Assembly (NCBI GenBank): GCA_050749285.1
Contig: JBOGQX010000040.1
Location: 1 to 27,605, forward strand
Source: Nitrosotalea sp.
GTDB lineage: Archaea; Thermoproteota; Nitrososphaeria; Nitrososphaerales; Nitrosopumilaceae
Length of the DNA: 27,605 bases
Reading direction: 5' to 3'
Position numbers and translations under genes: made by a program
Notes under the pieces: model-generated
Database searches by the model: none
Told to the model about the DNA's origin: nothing
The model's input: the letters and a program-made list of their open reading frames with translations, nothing else
Shown here: in pieces, positions 1 through 8,571 of the stretch
Position numbering within the stretch: the stretch's first letter is position 1
How the letters are laid out: each line of letters starts with the position of its first letter

Positions 1-819
1 TTTGAGAAGAATCTCAAGATAATTCACAAGGATGTTGATCCTGCAGAGATTGGAAAAAATCAAACGACCCAAATAGCAGTAGTTGGAGACCTAAGGGCAT
101 CACTTAGAATAATGGTAAAGATGCTAATTCAGAAGGCAATAAAACGTAGTGGTGAAAACGCATGGCTAAAGCATGTCAATGAGACAAAAGAGTATTTTAG
201 ACAAAACCTAAAGCTCCATCCTCATCCATTAGGTGCGGCAAAAGTCTTGCGAAAGCTACGAGAAGTACTTCCTCCACAATCAATAGTTACAACAGAAGTT
301 GGCCAACATCAAATGTGGGCATCACTATTCTTTGATGTCATACACCCAGGAACATTCTTTAGTTCAACAGGACTTGGAACCATGGGGTGGGGATTCCCTG
401 CAGCAATTGGAGCAAAAGCTGCAAAACCTGATGTTCCTGTGCTAGACATTGCTGGAGAAGGTAGCTTCAACATGACTGAAAACTCACTAGCAGTATCAGT
501 ACTTGATAACTTACCAGTGATAGTATTACTGATGAACAACTTTTCACTTGGAATGGTAGCACAATGGCAGCGAACATTTTATGATAGAAGGATGATGGGA
601 ATTGATCTCAAAAACTGTCCGGATTACGTAAAGGTAGCAGAAGCTTATGGAGCCCAAGGAATAAGAGCTGAATCAATTGACGAAGTTGGAAAGGCAGTTC
701 AAACTGCATTAAAAAGTAATGTTGCAACAGTAATTGACATTCCAATAGATCCTCAAGAGGATGTTTTACCTTTTGTTGCCCCTGGAACTTCTCTCAAGGA
801 CATGATATTACCATCATAG
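1..819 (+). CDS. ilvB: Acetolactate (acetohydroxyacid) synthase large subunit, C-terminal TPP-binding part; 5' end lies outside the window
   Basis: Frame 1 is open from nt 1 (FEKNLKIIHKDVDPAEIGKN precedes the first Met at 112), so the gene is truncated by the window edge. It carries the thiamine-diphosphate binding signature GLGTMGWGFPAAIGAK...DIAGEGSFNM...N. The small-subunit gene follows directly. Confidence 0.9.
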   Translation, partial: FEKNLKIIHKDVDPAEIGKNQTTQIAVVGDLRASLRIMVKMLIQKAIKRSGENAWLKHVNETKEYFRQNLKLHPHPLGAAKVLRKLREVLPPQSIVTTEVGQHQMWASLFFDVIHPGTFFSSTGLGTMGWGFPAAIGAKAAKPDVPVLDIAGEGSFNMTENSLAVSVLDNLPVIVLLMNNFSLGMVAQWQRTFYDRRMMGIDLKNCPDYVKVAEAYGAQGIRAESIDEVGKAVQTALKSNVATVIDIPIDPQEDVLPFVAPGTSLKDMILPS

Positions 820-828
820 TGATTATTG

Positions 829-1308
829 ATGTGGTCTTTAATTTCCGTTCTTGTAGAAAACAAACCAGGAGTCTTGTTTAAGGTTACAAATCTTTTCAGA
901 TCAAGGAATTACAACATTGACAGTATCTCAGTGGGTATAACCGAGAATCCCGAATTTTCGAGGATGACTATTACAACATCAGCCGATGAAAGACAATTAG
1001 ATCAAATAATAAAACAACTTGACAAGATGATAGATACGGTAGAAGTAAAACAATTAGATGAGAAGAAGAGCATCTATCGAGAGTTGGTATTAATGAAGAT
1101 AAAAGTTAGCAAACCCTCAGACATAATGGAAATAACAGACCTTGCAAATGCATTCAAGTGCAACGTTCATGACGTAAGAAAATCCTCTATAATTGTAGAA
1201 ATAACTGCTACCCCAGATAGGATTAACGCTTTTGAAGATCTGATAAAAGGATATGGAATTCTTGAGATAGCAAGGACGGGTACTTGTGCTTTGAAGAGGG
1301 GACAGTAA
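829..1308 (+). CDS. ilvN: Acetolactate synthase small (regulatory) subunit, ACT domain
   Basis: ACT-domain N-terminus ISVLVENKPGVLFKVTNLFRSRNYNIDSISVG; about 160 aa; starts about 10 nt after the ilvB stop. I prefer the ATG at 829 over the adjacent TTG at 826 used by the ORF track. Confidence 0.85.
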   Translation: MWSLISVLVENKPGVLFKVTNLFRSRNYNIDSISVGITENPEFSRMTITTSADERQLDQIIKQLDKMIDTVEVKQLDEKKSIYRELVLMKIKVSKPSDIMEITDLANAFKCNVHDVRKSSIIVEITATPDRINAFEDLIKGYGILEIARTGTCALKRGQ

Positions 1309-2825
1309 TGAAAGTTAGAATTTTTGATACAACATTAAGAGATGGAGAACAAACACCTGGGGTAGCTTTGACTCCAGAACACAAGTTAACAATAGCTCAG
1401 AAACTTGATGAATTAGGTGTAGATGCAATAGAAGCTGGGTTTCCAATAGTCTCAGATGGAGAAAAAAAAGCGATAATGGATATAGCACATGCTGGTCTCC
1501 GCGCTGAAATTTGCGGTCTAGCAAGAACTGAGAAAAAAGACATTGATGCAGCTGTATCCGTAGGTTTGAATTATATTCATACCTTTATCGCAACATCTGA
1601 TATTCATCTCAAATACAAATTAAAACTCACAAGAGAACAAGCACTAGAAAAGGCGGTGGAGGCTGTGCAATATGCCAAGTCACTTGGTCTTCAGGTAGAA
1701 TTCTCTGCTGAAGATGCAACAAGAACAGATAGAGAATTCTTGAAAAAAGTCTTCAAGGCAGTCACAGAAGCTGGAACAGATAGAATCGACATCCCTGACA
1801 CCGTTGGTTATTCTACACCACAGTATATCGCCGCAATTACCAAGGATACAATAGATGCAACACACTTACCAGTAAGTGTTCACTGCCACAATGATTTTGG
1901 ACTTGCTGTAGCAAACGCAATAGCTGCAATCCAAGTTGGAGCCCAATGTGCCCATGTCACCATCAATGGGATTGGGGAGAGAGCTGGCAATGCATCACTT
2001 GAAGAATTGGTCATGTCATTACAATGCCTACAATTTGATAAAAAATATGAAACCAATATTAACACAAAACTTCTTTACGAAACATCACGTTTCGTTTCAA
2101 AGTTAGTTGGCGTTCAAGTCCAGCCAAATAAGGCAATAGTCGGAGAAAATGCCTTTGGACATGAATCAGGAATACATACGCATGGCGTTCTAAGCAACCC
2201 ATTAACATACGAACCAATCAGCCCAGAACTTGTAGGTAGGACAAGGTGGTTTCAGGTAGGAAAACATGCAGGGGCCCATGGAGTTGCGGCCATGCTTGAA
2301 GAATATGGAATCGGACCGTCAAAAGAGCAAACTCATGAGATTTTAGAGAGGATAAAGAAAATGGGCGACCAGGGAAAACACGTTACCGATGTGGAATTAC
2401 TAGCAATTGCTGGCGAAGTTATGCACCAAGAAGGCCTACGACGGCTAGTCCATCTAACTGGTTTTTCGGTCTCGACTGGAATGGGCAACATGCCTTATGC
2501 CTTTGTCAAATTAAACATCGAAGGAAAGGATTTCATAGGCACAGATTATGGTGTAGGACCAGTGGATGCTTCAATTAATGCAATTCAGAAGATCACAGGT
2601 GAAATTGCCAAAGTTAGGATAAAAGATTACAGGTTGGATTCAATCTCTGGCGGTTCTGACGCATTATGTGAAGTAACAATAAAGGTTGAAGATGCATACG
2701 GTAACCAAGCGTCGGCAAAATCAATTGGAGAAGATATTGTAATCACGAGCGTTCAAGCTATGGTCGATGGCATAAATCGAATCATGCTTAAAAAAATTCT
2801 CAAACAAAAAAACTTGGGACATTAA
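1308..2825 (+). CDS. leuA: 2-isopropylmalate synthase (LeuA/CimA family; citramalate synthase not excluded)
   Basis: N-terminal motif [14 protein letters not shown], metal-site motif [13 protein letters not shown], and a C-terminal LeuA-dimer-like regulatory region. The ATG at 1308 overlaps the ilvN stop (TAATG), which fits better than the ORF-track start at 1284. Confidence 0.85.
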   Translation: MKVRIFDTTLRDGEQTPGVALTPEHKLTIAQKLDELGVDAIEAGFPIVSDGEKKAIMDIAHAGLRAEICGLARTEKKDIDAAVSVGLNYIHTFIATSDIHLKYKLKLTREQALEKAVEAVQYAKSLGLQVEFSAEDATRTDREFLKKVFKAVTEAGTDRIDIPDTVGYSTPQYIAAITKDTIDATHLPVSVHCHNDFGLAVANAIAAIQVGAQCAHVTINGIGERAGNASLEELVMSLQCLQFDKKYETNINTKLLYETSRFVSKLVGVQVQPNKAIVGENAFGHESGIHTHGVLSNPLTYEPISPELVGRTRWFQVGKHAGAHGVAAMLEEYGIGPSKEQTHEILERIKKMGDQGKHVTDVELLAIAGEVMHQEGLRRLVHLTGFSVSTGMGNMPYAFVKLNIEGKDFIGTDYGVGPVDASINAIQKITGEIAKVRIKDYRLDSISGGSDALCEVTIKVEDAYGNQASAKSIGEDIVITSVQAMVDGINRIMLKKILKQKNLGH

Positions 2826-3842
2826 ATGTACAAAATAGCTCTCATTACGGGAGATGGCATAGGTCCTGAAATATCAGAATCTGTCATTAATATTCTAAAT
2901 ACCATAAATGACAAACTTGGGTTCAAAATAGAAGTCAAGGCACTGGATGCTGGAGATGGCACATTGAGGAAGACAGGTAAAGCACTTCCTGCAGAAACAT
3001 TTGAAGCCATCAAAAAATCCGATGCATGCCTAAAGGCTCCGGTAGGCGAAAATGCTGCAGATGTAATCATCGTACTTAGAAGAGAATTAGACCTCTACGC
3101 CAACATAAGACCTGCAAAGTCTTATCCCAACATGCCATCTCTAAAAGATAATATCGATCTTGTAATTGTAAGAGAAAATACAGAAGACCTCTATACCGGT
3201 ATGGAATTTGAGATAAATGACTCTGCAGTTGCGTTACGAACAATTTCTAGTAGAGCTTCAAAACGAATTGCAAAATTTGCGTTTGAGATTGCAAAGCATA
3301 GAAATAAACAAAAAAAGGTAACTTGTGTCCACAAGTCAAATGTTATGAGAAAAACAGATGGTCTCTTTTCACGTTCATGCGCTGAAATCTCAAAAGACTA
3401 TCCAGACATGGCATTTGAACAAATGTATGTGGATGCATGTGCAATGAATCTCATCAGACAGCCGGAAGCTTTTGATGTGATAGTAACAACTAACTTATTT
3501 GGAGACATCTTATCTGACGAAGCTGCTCAAGTAGTTGGAGGACTTGGAATGGCTCCTGCTGCCAACATTGGAGATAATTTTGCGTTATTTGAACCAGTTC
3601 ATGGAGCGGCATTTGACATAGCAGGGAAACAAGCTGCGAATCCATCTTCATTCATACTATCCTCAAAAATGATGTTTGAATGGTTAGGAATGAAACATAG
3701 TGATGCCAAGTGTTTTGCCATTGCAAAGAAAATAGAAGATGCGGTGTATGGAGTCGTAAAAGAAGGAATTAAAACAAGAGATATTGGTGGAAATAAAACT
3801 ACAAAGGAATTTACCCAGCAGATTATTTCAAAACTTACTTGA
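2826..3842 (+). CDS. leuB: 3-isopropylmalate dehydrogenase (isocitrate/isopropylmalate dehydrogenase family)
   Basis: N-terminus IALITGDGIGPEI and family signature NLFGDILSDEAAQVVGGLGMAP. The ATG immediately follows the leuA stop. Operon context supports leuB over icd. Confidence 0.8.
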   Translation: MYKIALITGDGIGPEISESVINILNTINDKLGFKIEVKALDAGDGTLRKTGKALPAETFEAIKKSDACLKAPVGENAADVIIVLRRELDLYANIRPAKSYPNMPSLKDNIDLVIVRENTEDLYTGMEFEINDSAVALRTISSRASKRIAKFAFEIAKHRNKQKKVTCVHKSNVMRKTDGLFSRSCAEISKDYPDMAFEQMYVDACAMNLIRQPEAFDVIVTTNLFGDILSDEAAQVVGGLGMAPAANIGDNFALFEPVHGAAFDIAGKQAANPSSFILSSKMMFEWLGMKHSDAKCFAIAKKIEDAVYGVVKEGIKTRDIGGNKTTKEFTQQIISKLT

Positions 3843-4179
3843 GATCTGATACTGGTGGTTCTCTTGACCAGAAAAACATTGCAAGGCAAAGAGGTATCAT
3901 TATCATAACTGCAACTCCAAAGCTAACCCAATAGAAGGTAGGATCAATGCCCTTGATGAAGGGTACTGGAAAAACGGTGTAAGCCCAAACAAAGACAAGG
4001 AATCCAAGTAATACCTTATTTCTTTTAAAAACTTTCCATCCCAATTTACGCTTTGAAATATAACATTTCTTACATCTTGTTCCGTCATTTGTCATACAGG
4101 TAGTGCAACAATGTTTTTCACAAAAGTAACAAGTATGATCACCATACTGGGATCCACAAAAGTCGCATTGTTGCATCAT
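3835..4179 (-). CDS. Cys-rich zinc-ribbon protein with two C-terminal transmembrane helices (hypothetical)
   Basis: N-terminal CDFCGSQYGDHTCYFCEKHCCTTCMTNDGTRCKKC contains several CxxC knuckles. It is followed by hydrophobic helices VLLGFLVFVWAYTVFPVPF and WVSFGVAVMIMIPLCLAMFFW. I recognise no family. The 3' end overlaps the leuB stop by 8 nt (convergent). Confidence 0.5.
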   Translation of the reverse strand: MMQQCDFCGSQYGDHTCYFCEKHCCTTCMTNDGTRCKKCYISKRKLGWKVFKRNKVLLGFLVFVWAYTVFPVPFIKGIDPTFYWVSFGVAVMIMIPLCLAMFFWSREPPVSDLK

Positions 4180-4208
4180 TTACCTTCAAGAAATCAAAAT
4201 TTATCTTT

Positions 4209-5498
4209 TTATGGAAATAACCGTTCAGGATCTCGTGGATATAAGACAACCTCTCTTACATTATCAATCTGTGTCAAGACAGACATGAGCCTGTCAAGAC
4301 CCAAGCCCCATCCTGAATGGGGCGGCATTCCCCAATCAAATGCCCTCAGGTGATCTTCAAACTGAGATGGATTTAGGCCCTGCTCTGTCAATCTGCTTCT
4401 CAGTTTTATCGGATCATGTAGACGACTGCCGCCAGAAGATAATTCTAGGTAACCATATTGCAAGTCAAAGGACTTCGATAAAGTAGGATCATCTTCTTTT
4501 TCGTGTATGTAAAACGGTTTCAGCTTCAATGGCCAATCCGTTATAAAGTAAAATCCGGGATGCATCTCTCCAATTTTTCGTAAATGCGAATCAAGCAAGT
4601 CATCTCCAAATTCAAGACGTATTCCAGTGCGACCTAGCTCGTCAATGGCTTGTTTATAGGTAATTCTCTCAAAAGGAGTCTTTGGTTTTTTGATTTCAAT
4701 GCCCAGCATTTTCTGTTCTTCTTTACAATTTTTCTCAATGTCTTCAAAAACTTTAACAATTAATGTTTCAAGCACATCCATTACGTCAGTATAATCCATA
4801 AAATCAGATTCAATATCCACACTAGTAAATTCAGTTAGATGCCTTACTGTATGAGATTTTTCTGCTCTGTAAAATGAAGCTATCTCAAAAACTCTTTCAA
4901 GGCCAATTGTAAGTTGTTCTTTGTATAGCTGTGGACTCTGAGCCAGATATGCTTGCTTGTCAAAATACTTTAGCGAAAACAAATTTGCTCCTCCCTCACT
5001 TGCACTTCCAATAATTTTTGGCGTGTTTACTTCAATGAAATCAAGATCAACAAGAGTTTTTCTTATAGATTGTAAAGCGTGATGGCGCATCTTGAAAATT
5101 GATGCAGTCTTCTGATTACGTAAATCTAGCGCTCTTGCATTTAGTCTGTTATCAATATTGCTTTCAAGTCTACCAATAGGATCAATTGGTAATGGATGAA
5201 CAGCGCGTGATAAAATCTCAATTTTTTCTGCTTTTATTTCAAATGGAAAATCTCTCGCTTTGGTTTCTTGCATTAATCCTGTGACACGAATAACACTTTG
5301 TCTGCTGAGGTCTTTTACTTGTTCAATGTTTTCTTGTCCAACCACAACTACCTGAGTAACACCGGTAACATCCCTAAGAGTCAAAAAAGTGAGCTTTCCC
5401 AATTCGCGAAGGTCTTCCACCCATCCCCCAACTACTACCTTTTGTCCTTTCATGGAAGGGGCCAGATTTCCAATGTAATGCGTTCTCTTTAATTCCAA
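4209..5498 (-). CDS. aspS: Aspartyl-tRNA synthetase, archaeal/eukaryal type
   Basis: 429 aa with an N-terminal OB-fold region (VVVGGWVEDLRELGKLTFLTLRD). Class II motifs are present: FYRAEKSHTVRHLTEFTSVDIE, GGSRLHD and PPHSGWGLGLDRL. Confidence 0.9.
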   Translation of the reverse strand: MELKRTHYIGNLAPSMKGQKVVVGGWVEDLRELGKLTFLTLRDVTGVTQVVVVGQENIEQVKDLSRQSVIRVTGLMQETKARDFPFEIKAEKIEILSRAVHPLPIDPIGRLESNIDNRLNARALDLRNQKTASIFKMRHHALQSIRKTLVDLDFIEVNTPKIIGSASEGGANLFSLKYFDKQAYLAQSPQLYKEQLTIGLERVFEIASFYRAEKSHTVRHLTEFTSVDIESDFMDYTDVMDVLETLIVKVFEDIEKNCKEEQKMLGIEIKKPKTPFERITYKQAIDELGRTGIRLEFGDDLLDSHLRKIGEMHPGFYFITDWPLKLKPFYIHEKEDDPTLSKSFDLQYGYLELSSGGSRLHDPIKLRSRLTEQGLNPSQFEDHLRAFDWGMPPHSGWGLGLDRLMSVLTQIDNVREVVLYPRDPERLFP

Positions 5499-5507
5499 CT
5501 AATTTCC

Positions 5508-5711
5508 TCACTTTCTCTCAAATTCAACTACTAGTTCTATTTTTCTAATATCCCTTGATATTGCAATAACCTTGTCAACGCCTATAGGAAATCTACGAGT
5601 CCTTATGCCAGAGACTATCGTCTTTGTAAGTGGACCAGAACCTAATTTTGGCTCACATTGTGGGCAAAGAATTCCATTCATTGCATCAAAACTACAGATA
5701 GGCGTTCGCAA
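5508..5711 (-). CDS. Small zinc-ribbon protein (hypothetical; N-terminus resembles archaeal NusA-like KH proteins but has no KH domain)
   Basis: 67 aa with a TTG start; N-terminus PICSFDAMNGILCPQCEPKL (C-x9-C-x2-C). It ends 10 nt upstream of the aspS start. The resemblance to NusA-like proteins is from memory only. Confidence 0.35.
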   Translation of the reverse strand: MRTPICSFDAMNGILCPQCEPKLGSGPLTKTIVSGIRTRRFPIGVDKVIAISRDIRKIELVVEFERK

Positions 5712-5818
5712 AGAAATCGATTTTTTGCTTACTTGAACTGAAAGATAAACTATGCGAAAGGGGGTTCTGTATAATCAACAGCACATACCCCTAATTTTTC
5801 TCGCTGTATAATCTCGGC

Positions 5819-6154
5819 TCATAGATTTTTCTTTATCTCCAATATCCTAGGAAAACAATTTTCCAAGTAAGCTTTTGCTAATAACTGTACTTCAATCATT
5901 TTTATGAATAATTCCCCTAAAGAGAGACTTTTGGTTCTTTTAAGAGTTGGATCTACAACATAGTAGAATTTGTTATTTTCAAACCAAAATGAACCATGAG
6001 CAAGAGCGATTCTAAGTTCTTTATCCATACATTCATCAAATCTATAATTTATTCTGTTTTGTGATAATTTTTTTAATAATAAACCAAGCGGTTCTGGGTT
6101 CTGTCTAATTAACGGTTGTTCCTCCACTTGTATAATTTCGGTTGATTTTTGCAT
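5819..6154 (-). CDS. Hypothetical protein (111 aa)
   Basis: Only an open reading frame; no motif recognised. Its first ~50 nt overlap, in another frame, the tail of the transposase relic. Confidence 0.3.
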   Translation of the reverse strand: MQKSTEIIQVEEQPLIRQNPEPLGLLLKKLSQNRINYRFDECMDKELRIALAHGSFWFENNKFYYVVDPTLKRTKSLSLGELFIKMIEVQLLAKAYLENCFPRILEIKKNL

Positions 6155-6345
6155 TTTGAATTAATGTGATCCATTTGTTCTCACCTTCTATCTTAATTCC
6201 TGCAACTTCCGAAGGTGTCTTACCGTCTAATCCCATGTGTGGTCTAATGTAATTATGATAGATTTAGTTCTGACAAGTAATTAATGGATAAATCTTATCA
6301 GATAGGTTGGCAAATATGCTGAAAGCCGAGATGTGTAAAGTGCTA
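6105..6345 (-). pseudogene. Relic of a DDE (RNase H-fold, IS6-like/integrase-core) transposase: C-terminal fragment only
   Basis: Minus-strand translation of 6263..6105 gives IYHNYIRPHMGLDGKTPSEVAGIKIEGENKWITLIQNA... This is the typical C-terminal Y-N-x-x-RPH-x-x-L-x-G-x-TP segment of DDE transposases, and it is preceded immediately by an in-frame TAA. Upstream (6264-6345) there is only weak similarity spread across frames (LGFQ.., SIFANLSDKIY), consistent with decay. Confidence 0.5.
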
Positions 6346-6443
6346 ACATGTACAAAGCATTTGTTTTAATTTTAAATAATCTTGATTGATCGTTCATATA
6401 TAAAATCAGATGCAAATCCTAATAATTTAAACATCGCTCATGA

Positions 6444-7436
6444 TTGTTTCTACTCGTTAAGTGTCGGAAAGCAAATTTACTTGTATATCGTAGACAAATA
6501 GTGGCTTTTCTTACTGTTGAAAATCTCAAAGTTCAATATCAAACGCAGGGAAAGACAATACGTGCAGTAGATGACATCACGTTTTCCCTTGAAGATAAGG
6601 AATCAATAGGCATTGCAGGGGAGAGTGCTTGTGGAAAGAGTACTTTGGGCATGGCAATTATGCGATCTGTTCAAGGGGGCAAGATTGTTTCGGGCGATAT
6701 CCTCATAGAGGATAAATCCATACTTAAAATTTCAGAAGAACAATTTGCCAAAACTTTGCGCTGGAAAGAGATTTCAATGATATTTCAAGGAGCTATGAAT
6801 TCACTAGATCCTGTTTTCACAGTAAAACAACAATTTGAGGAAATATTAGAGACTCATGACTTCAAAGGAGATAAGAAAAAGACTATATCTGAAACATTAA
6901 GTTCTGTTGGGTTGCCCCTCTCAATACTCAACAAGTCTCCTCATGAGCTTAGTGGAGGCATGAAGCAAAGATTGGTAATAGCAATGGCTTTGATTCTCAA
7001 ACCAAAATTTGTGATTGCTGATGAACCTACGACCGCACTTGATGTACTAGTTCAGGCACAAATTGTAAGCCTTCTTAAGAAACTCAAGAAAGATGGGATG
7101 TCGCTTATGCTAATTTCTCATGACCTTGGAGTAATATCAGAGGTTGCAGACAAGGTGGGAATTATGTATGCTGGAAAAATTGTCGAGTTTGGAAGTCTAG
7201 CAGAAATATATTCCAATCCCAAGCACCCATACACTCAAGCATTGCTCAAATCAGTGCCTAAAATGAAAGGCGATTCAAATTTAATTTCCTTAAAGGGAGA
7301 TCCTCCTAGTTTGTCAGAGATTCCAATAGGTTGTAGATTTTACGATAGATGTCCTAAGGCAATGGACAAGTGTAAGAAAGAACCGCCAAAGATTAAAACC
7401 GAATCTGGATATGCGTTATGCTGGCTTTATGAATAA
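6444..7436 (+). CDS. ABC transporter ATP-binding protein, oligopeptide/dipeptide (OppD/DppD) type
   Basis: Walker A GESACGKST, signature LSGGMKQR, Walker B VIADEPTTALD, H-loop ISHDL. The Opp-type C-terminal extension has KHPYTQALL and GCRFYDRCPKAMDKC. An in-frame GTG at 6501 (VAFLTVENLKV) is an equally plausible start. Confidence 0.85.
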   Translation: MFLLVKCRKANLLVYRRQIVAFLTVENLKVQYQTQGKTIRAVDDITFSLEDKESIGIAGESACGKSTLGMAIMRSVQGGKIVSGDILIEDKSILKISEEQFAKTLRWKEISMIFQGAMNSLDPVFTVKQQFEEILETHDFKGDKKKTISETLSSVGLPLSILNKSPHELSGGMKQRLVIAMALILKPKFVIADEPTTALDVLVQAQIVSLLKKLKKDGMSLMLISHDLGVISEVADKVGIMYAGKIVEFGSLAEIYSNPKHPYTQALLKSVPKMKGDSNLISLKGDPPSLSEIPIGCRFYDRCPKAMDKCKKEPPKIKTESGYALCWLYE

Positions 7437-7464
7437 TTAGTCCCAGTTCAAAAAGAGTAACAGA

Positions 7465-8397
7465 CTAGGAGTAATTTGGTGCGCTAATTGGAGTATTTGG
7501 ATAGTATGAATTGTAGAAGTTAATTGCATTTTGTAATGCGTTTTGTGTACCGATGTCTATTGAGGTATGTCTGTCTCCATAACTCCAAGAACCTTGTCCT
7601 GGATTCTGCTCATCGGTTGTAACACTACCAAGTCCCACATATTGAGTACCATATGTTCTTGTAAGAGTAAGGTAATGAATCTCATTAAATATCTGAATAG
7701 CCTTATTTAGTGCAACTAATTGTGCGGCAGCTATCTGACGGCCTTGAGTATTCTCATTGGTTGTACCGTATGTTTGGAGAGATGTATATCCTTGGTCAAT
7801 TTGCCAAATCTGATTAATCAAAGTAGCTGATTGAGCTTCTTGTGCGAGCAAAGTACTGTCAATCTGAGCTTGTCTATTACCCATATAACCAGTAGTTGTT
7901 GCAACCTGTTCCATAGTGGCAAAAGACTGACTTATTTGGGAAAGTTGCGATATTAAGCCTGAGACTTGTTGATCAACTTGATCAACACCTTGTGTAATCA
8001 TGGCGTTTCTGTTTCTGCCTGATTCATCGGTTGTAACACTTGTCAAGCCCGCATAACCTGTACTTTGTGTAGCAGTAAGTAATTGAGCATGAATCTGATC
8101 AAATGTAGCTAATGCATTTTCCATGGACATTTGTGACGCACCATTAATGTCACGACCAGTGGTAGTCGAGTCAGTTGTAACGAAGGAAAGACCTGCATAG
8201 CTTGCTGTGGATTGAGGAATATTATTGAATTGATATTTATTGTCGTAAATCATGGAAGCTTGTGCAGCACCTGCTTGCTGTCTTTGAGTAATGCTAGACT
8301 GCGAATCGTCTGCATATACAACCTTGTTAATATAGGCTGAGCCTACAACAACTAGTAAACCTGTAATCATAATAATTGCTAGGAGTGTTACTTTCAC
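7465..8397 (-). CDS. Secreted or membrane-anchored Gln/Thr-rich protein with internal repeats (hypothetical)
   Basis: GTG start and an N-terminal hydrophobic signal/anchor (MKVTLLAIIMITGLLVVVGSAY). The motif Y-[AV]-G-L-[ST/G]-x-VTTD-[SE] occurs three times (YAGLSFVTTDS, YAGLTSVTTDE, YVGLGSVTTDE). Each copy is followed by a helical N-A-L/I..F..IH-type segment, and degenerate copies lie between them. Confidence 0.6.
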   Translation of the reverse strand: MKVTLLAIIMITGLLVVVGSAYINKVVYADDSQSSITQRQQAGAAQASMIYDNKYQFNNIPQSTASYAGLSFVTTDSTTTGRDINGASQMSMENALATFDQIHAQLLTATQSTGYAGLTSVTTDESGRNRNAMITQGVDQVDQQVSGLISQLSQISQSFATMEQVATTTGYMGNRQAQIDSTLLAQEAQSATLINQIWQIDQGYTSLQTYGTTNENTQGRQIAAAQLVALNKAIQIFNEIHYLTLTRTYGTQYVGLGSVTTDEQNPGQGSWSYGDRHTSIDIGTQNALQNAINFYNSYYPNTPISAPNYS

Positions 8398-8453
8398 GTT
8401 TTTGTATCATATCTCATGGCTTTTAAAACTTTGCGATAATATGATTTTGACCA

Positions 8454-8467
8454 AGCGATCGCTTGAC
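8454..8467. promoter_or_regulatory. 14-bp perfect palindrome CAAGCGATCGCTTG in a divergent promoter region (candidate operator)
   Basis: Read directly from the sequence. It is GC-rich relative to its surroundings and lies between the start of the 310-aa gene (8397, minus) and the OppF-like start (8572, plus). Confidence 0.25.
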
Positions 8468-8571
8468 GAATGACAGGTTGAACCAAGATCTTGAGCCAAC
8501 CGGTTGTAAAAGCACTCAGAGCAGAACAACAATAGTTCGCTTGAAATACGTGATAACCTAAGTAAGAACTA

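Noticed and set aside
112-819. ORF-track start at Met 112 for the first gene
   Set aside because: The same frame is open back to nt 1 and already encodes conserved ALS sequence (IIHKDVDPAEIGKN). The gene is a 5'-truncated ilvB, not a 235-aa protein.
309-3889. Minus-strand ORFs inside ilvB/leuA/leuB (309..539, 1315..1524, 1680..1865, 1880..2065, 2822..3070, 3599..3889)
   Set aside because: They are antisense to genes with strong family motifs, and they are short, compositionally odd and without motifs. They are shadow ORFs.
4111-4353. 80-aa plus-strand ORF
   Set aside because: It overlaps the 3' end of aspS and the 5' end of the zinc-ribbon gene on the opposite strand. It has no motif and is a shadow ORF.
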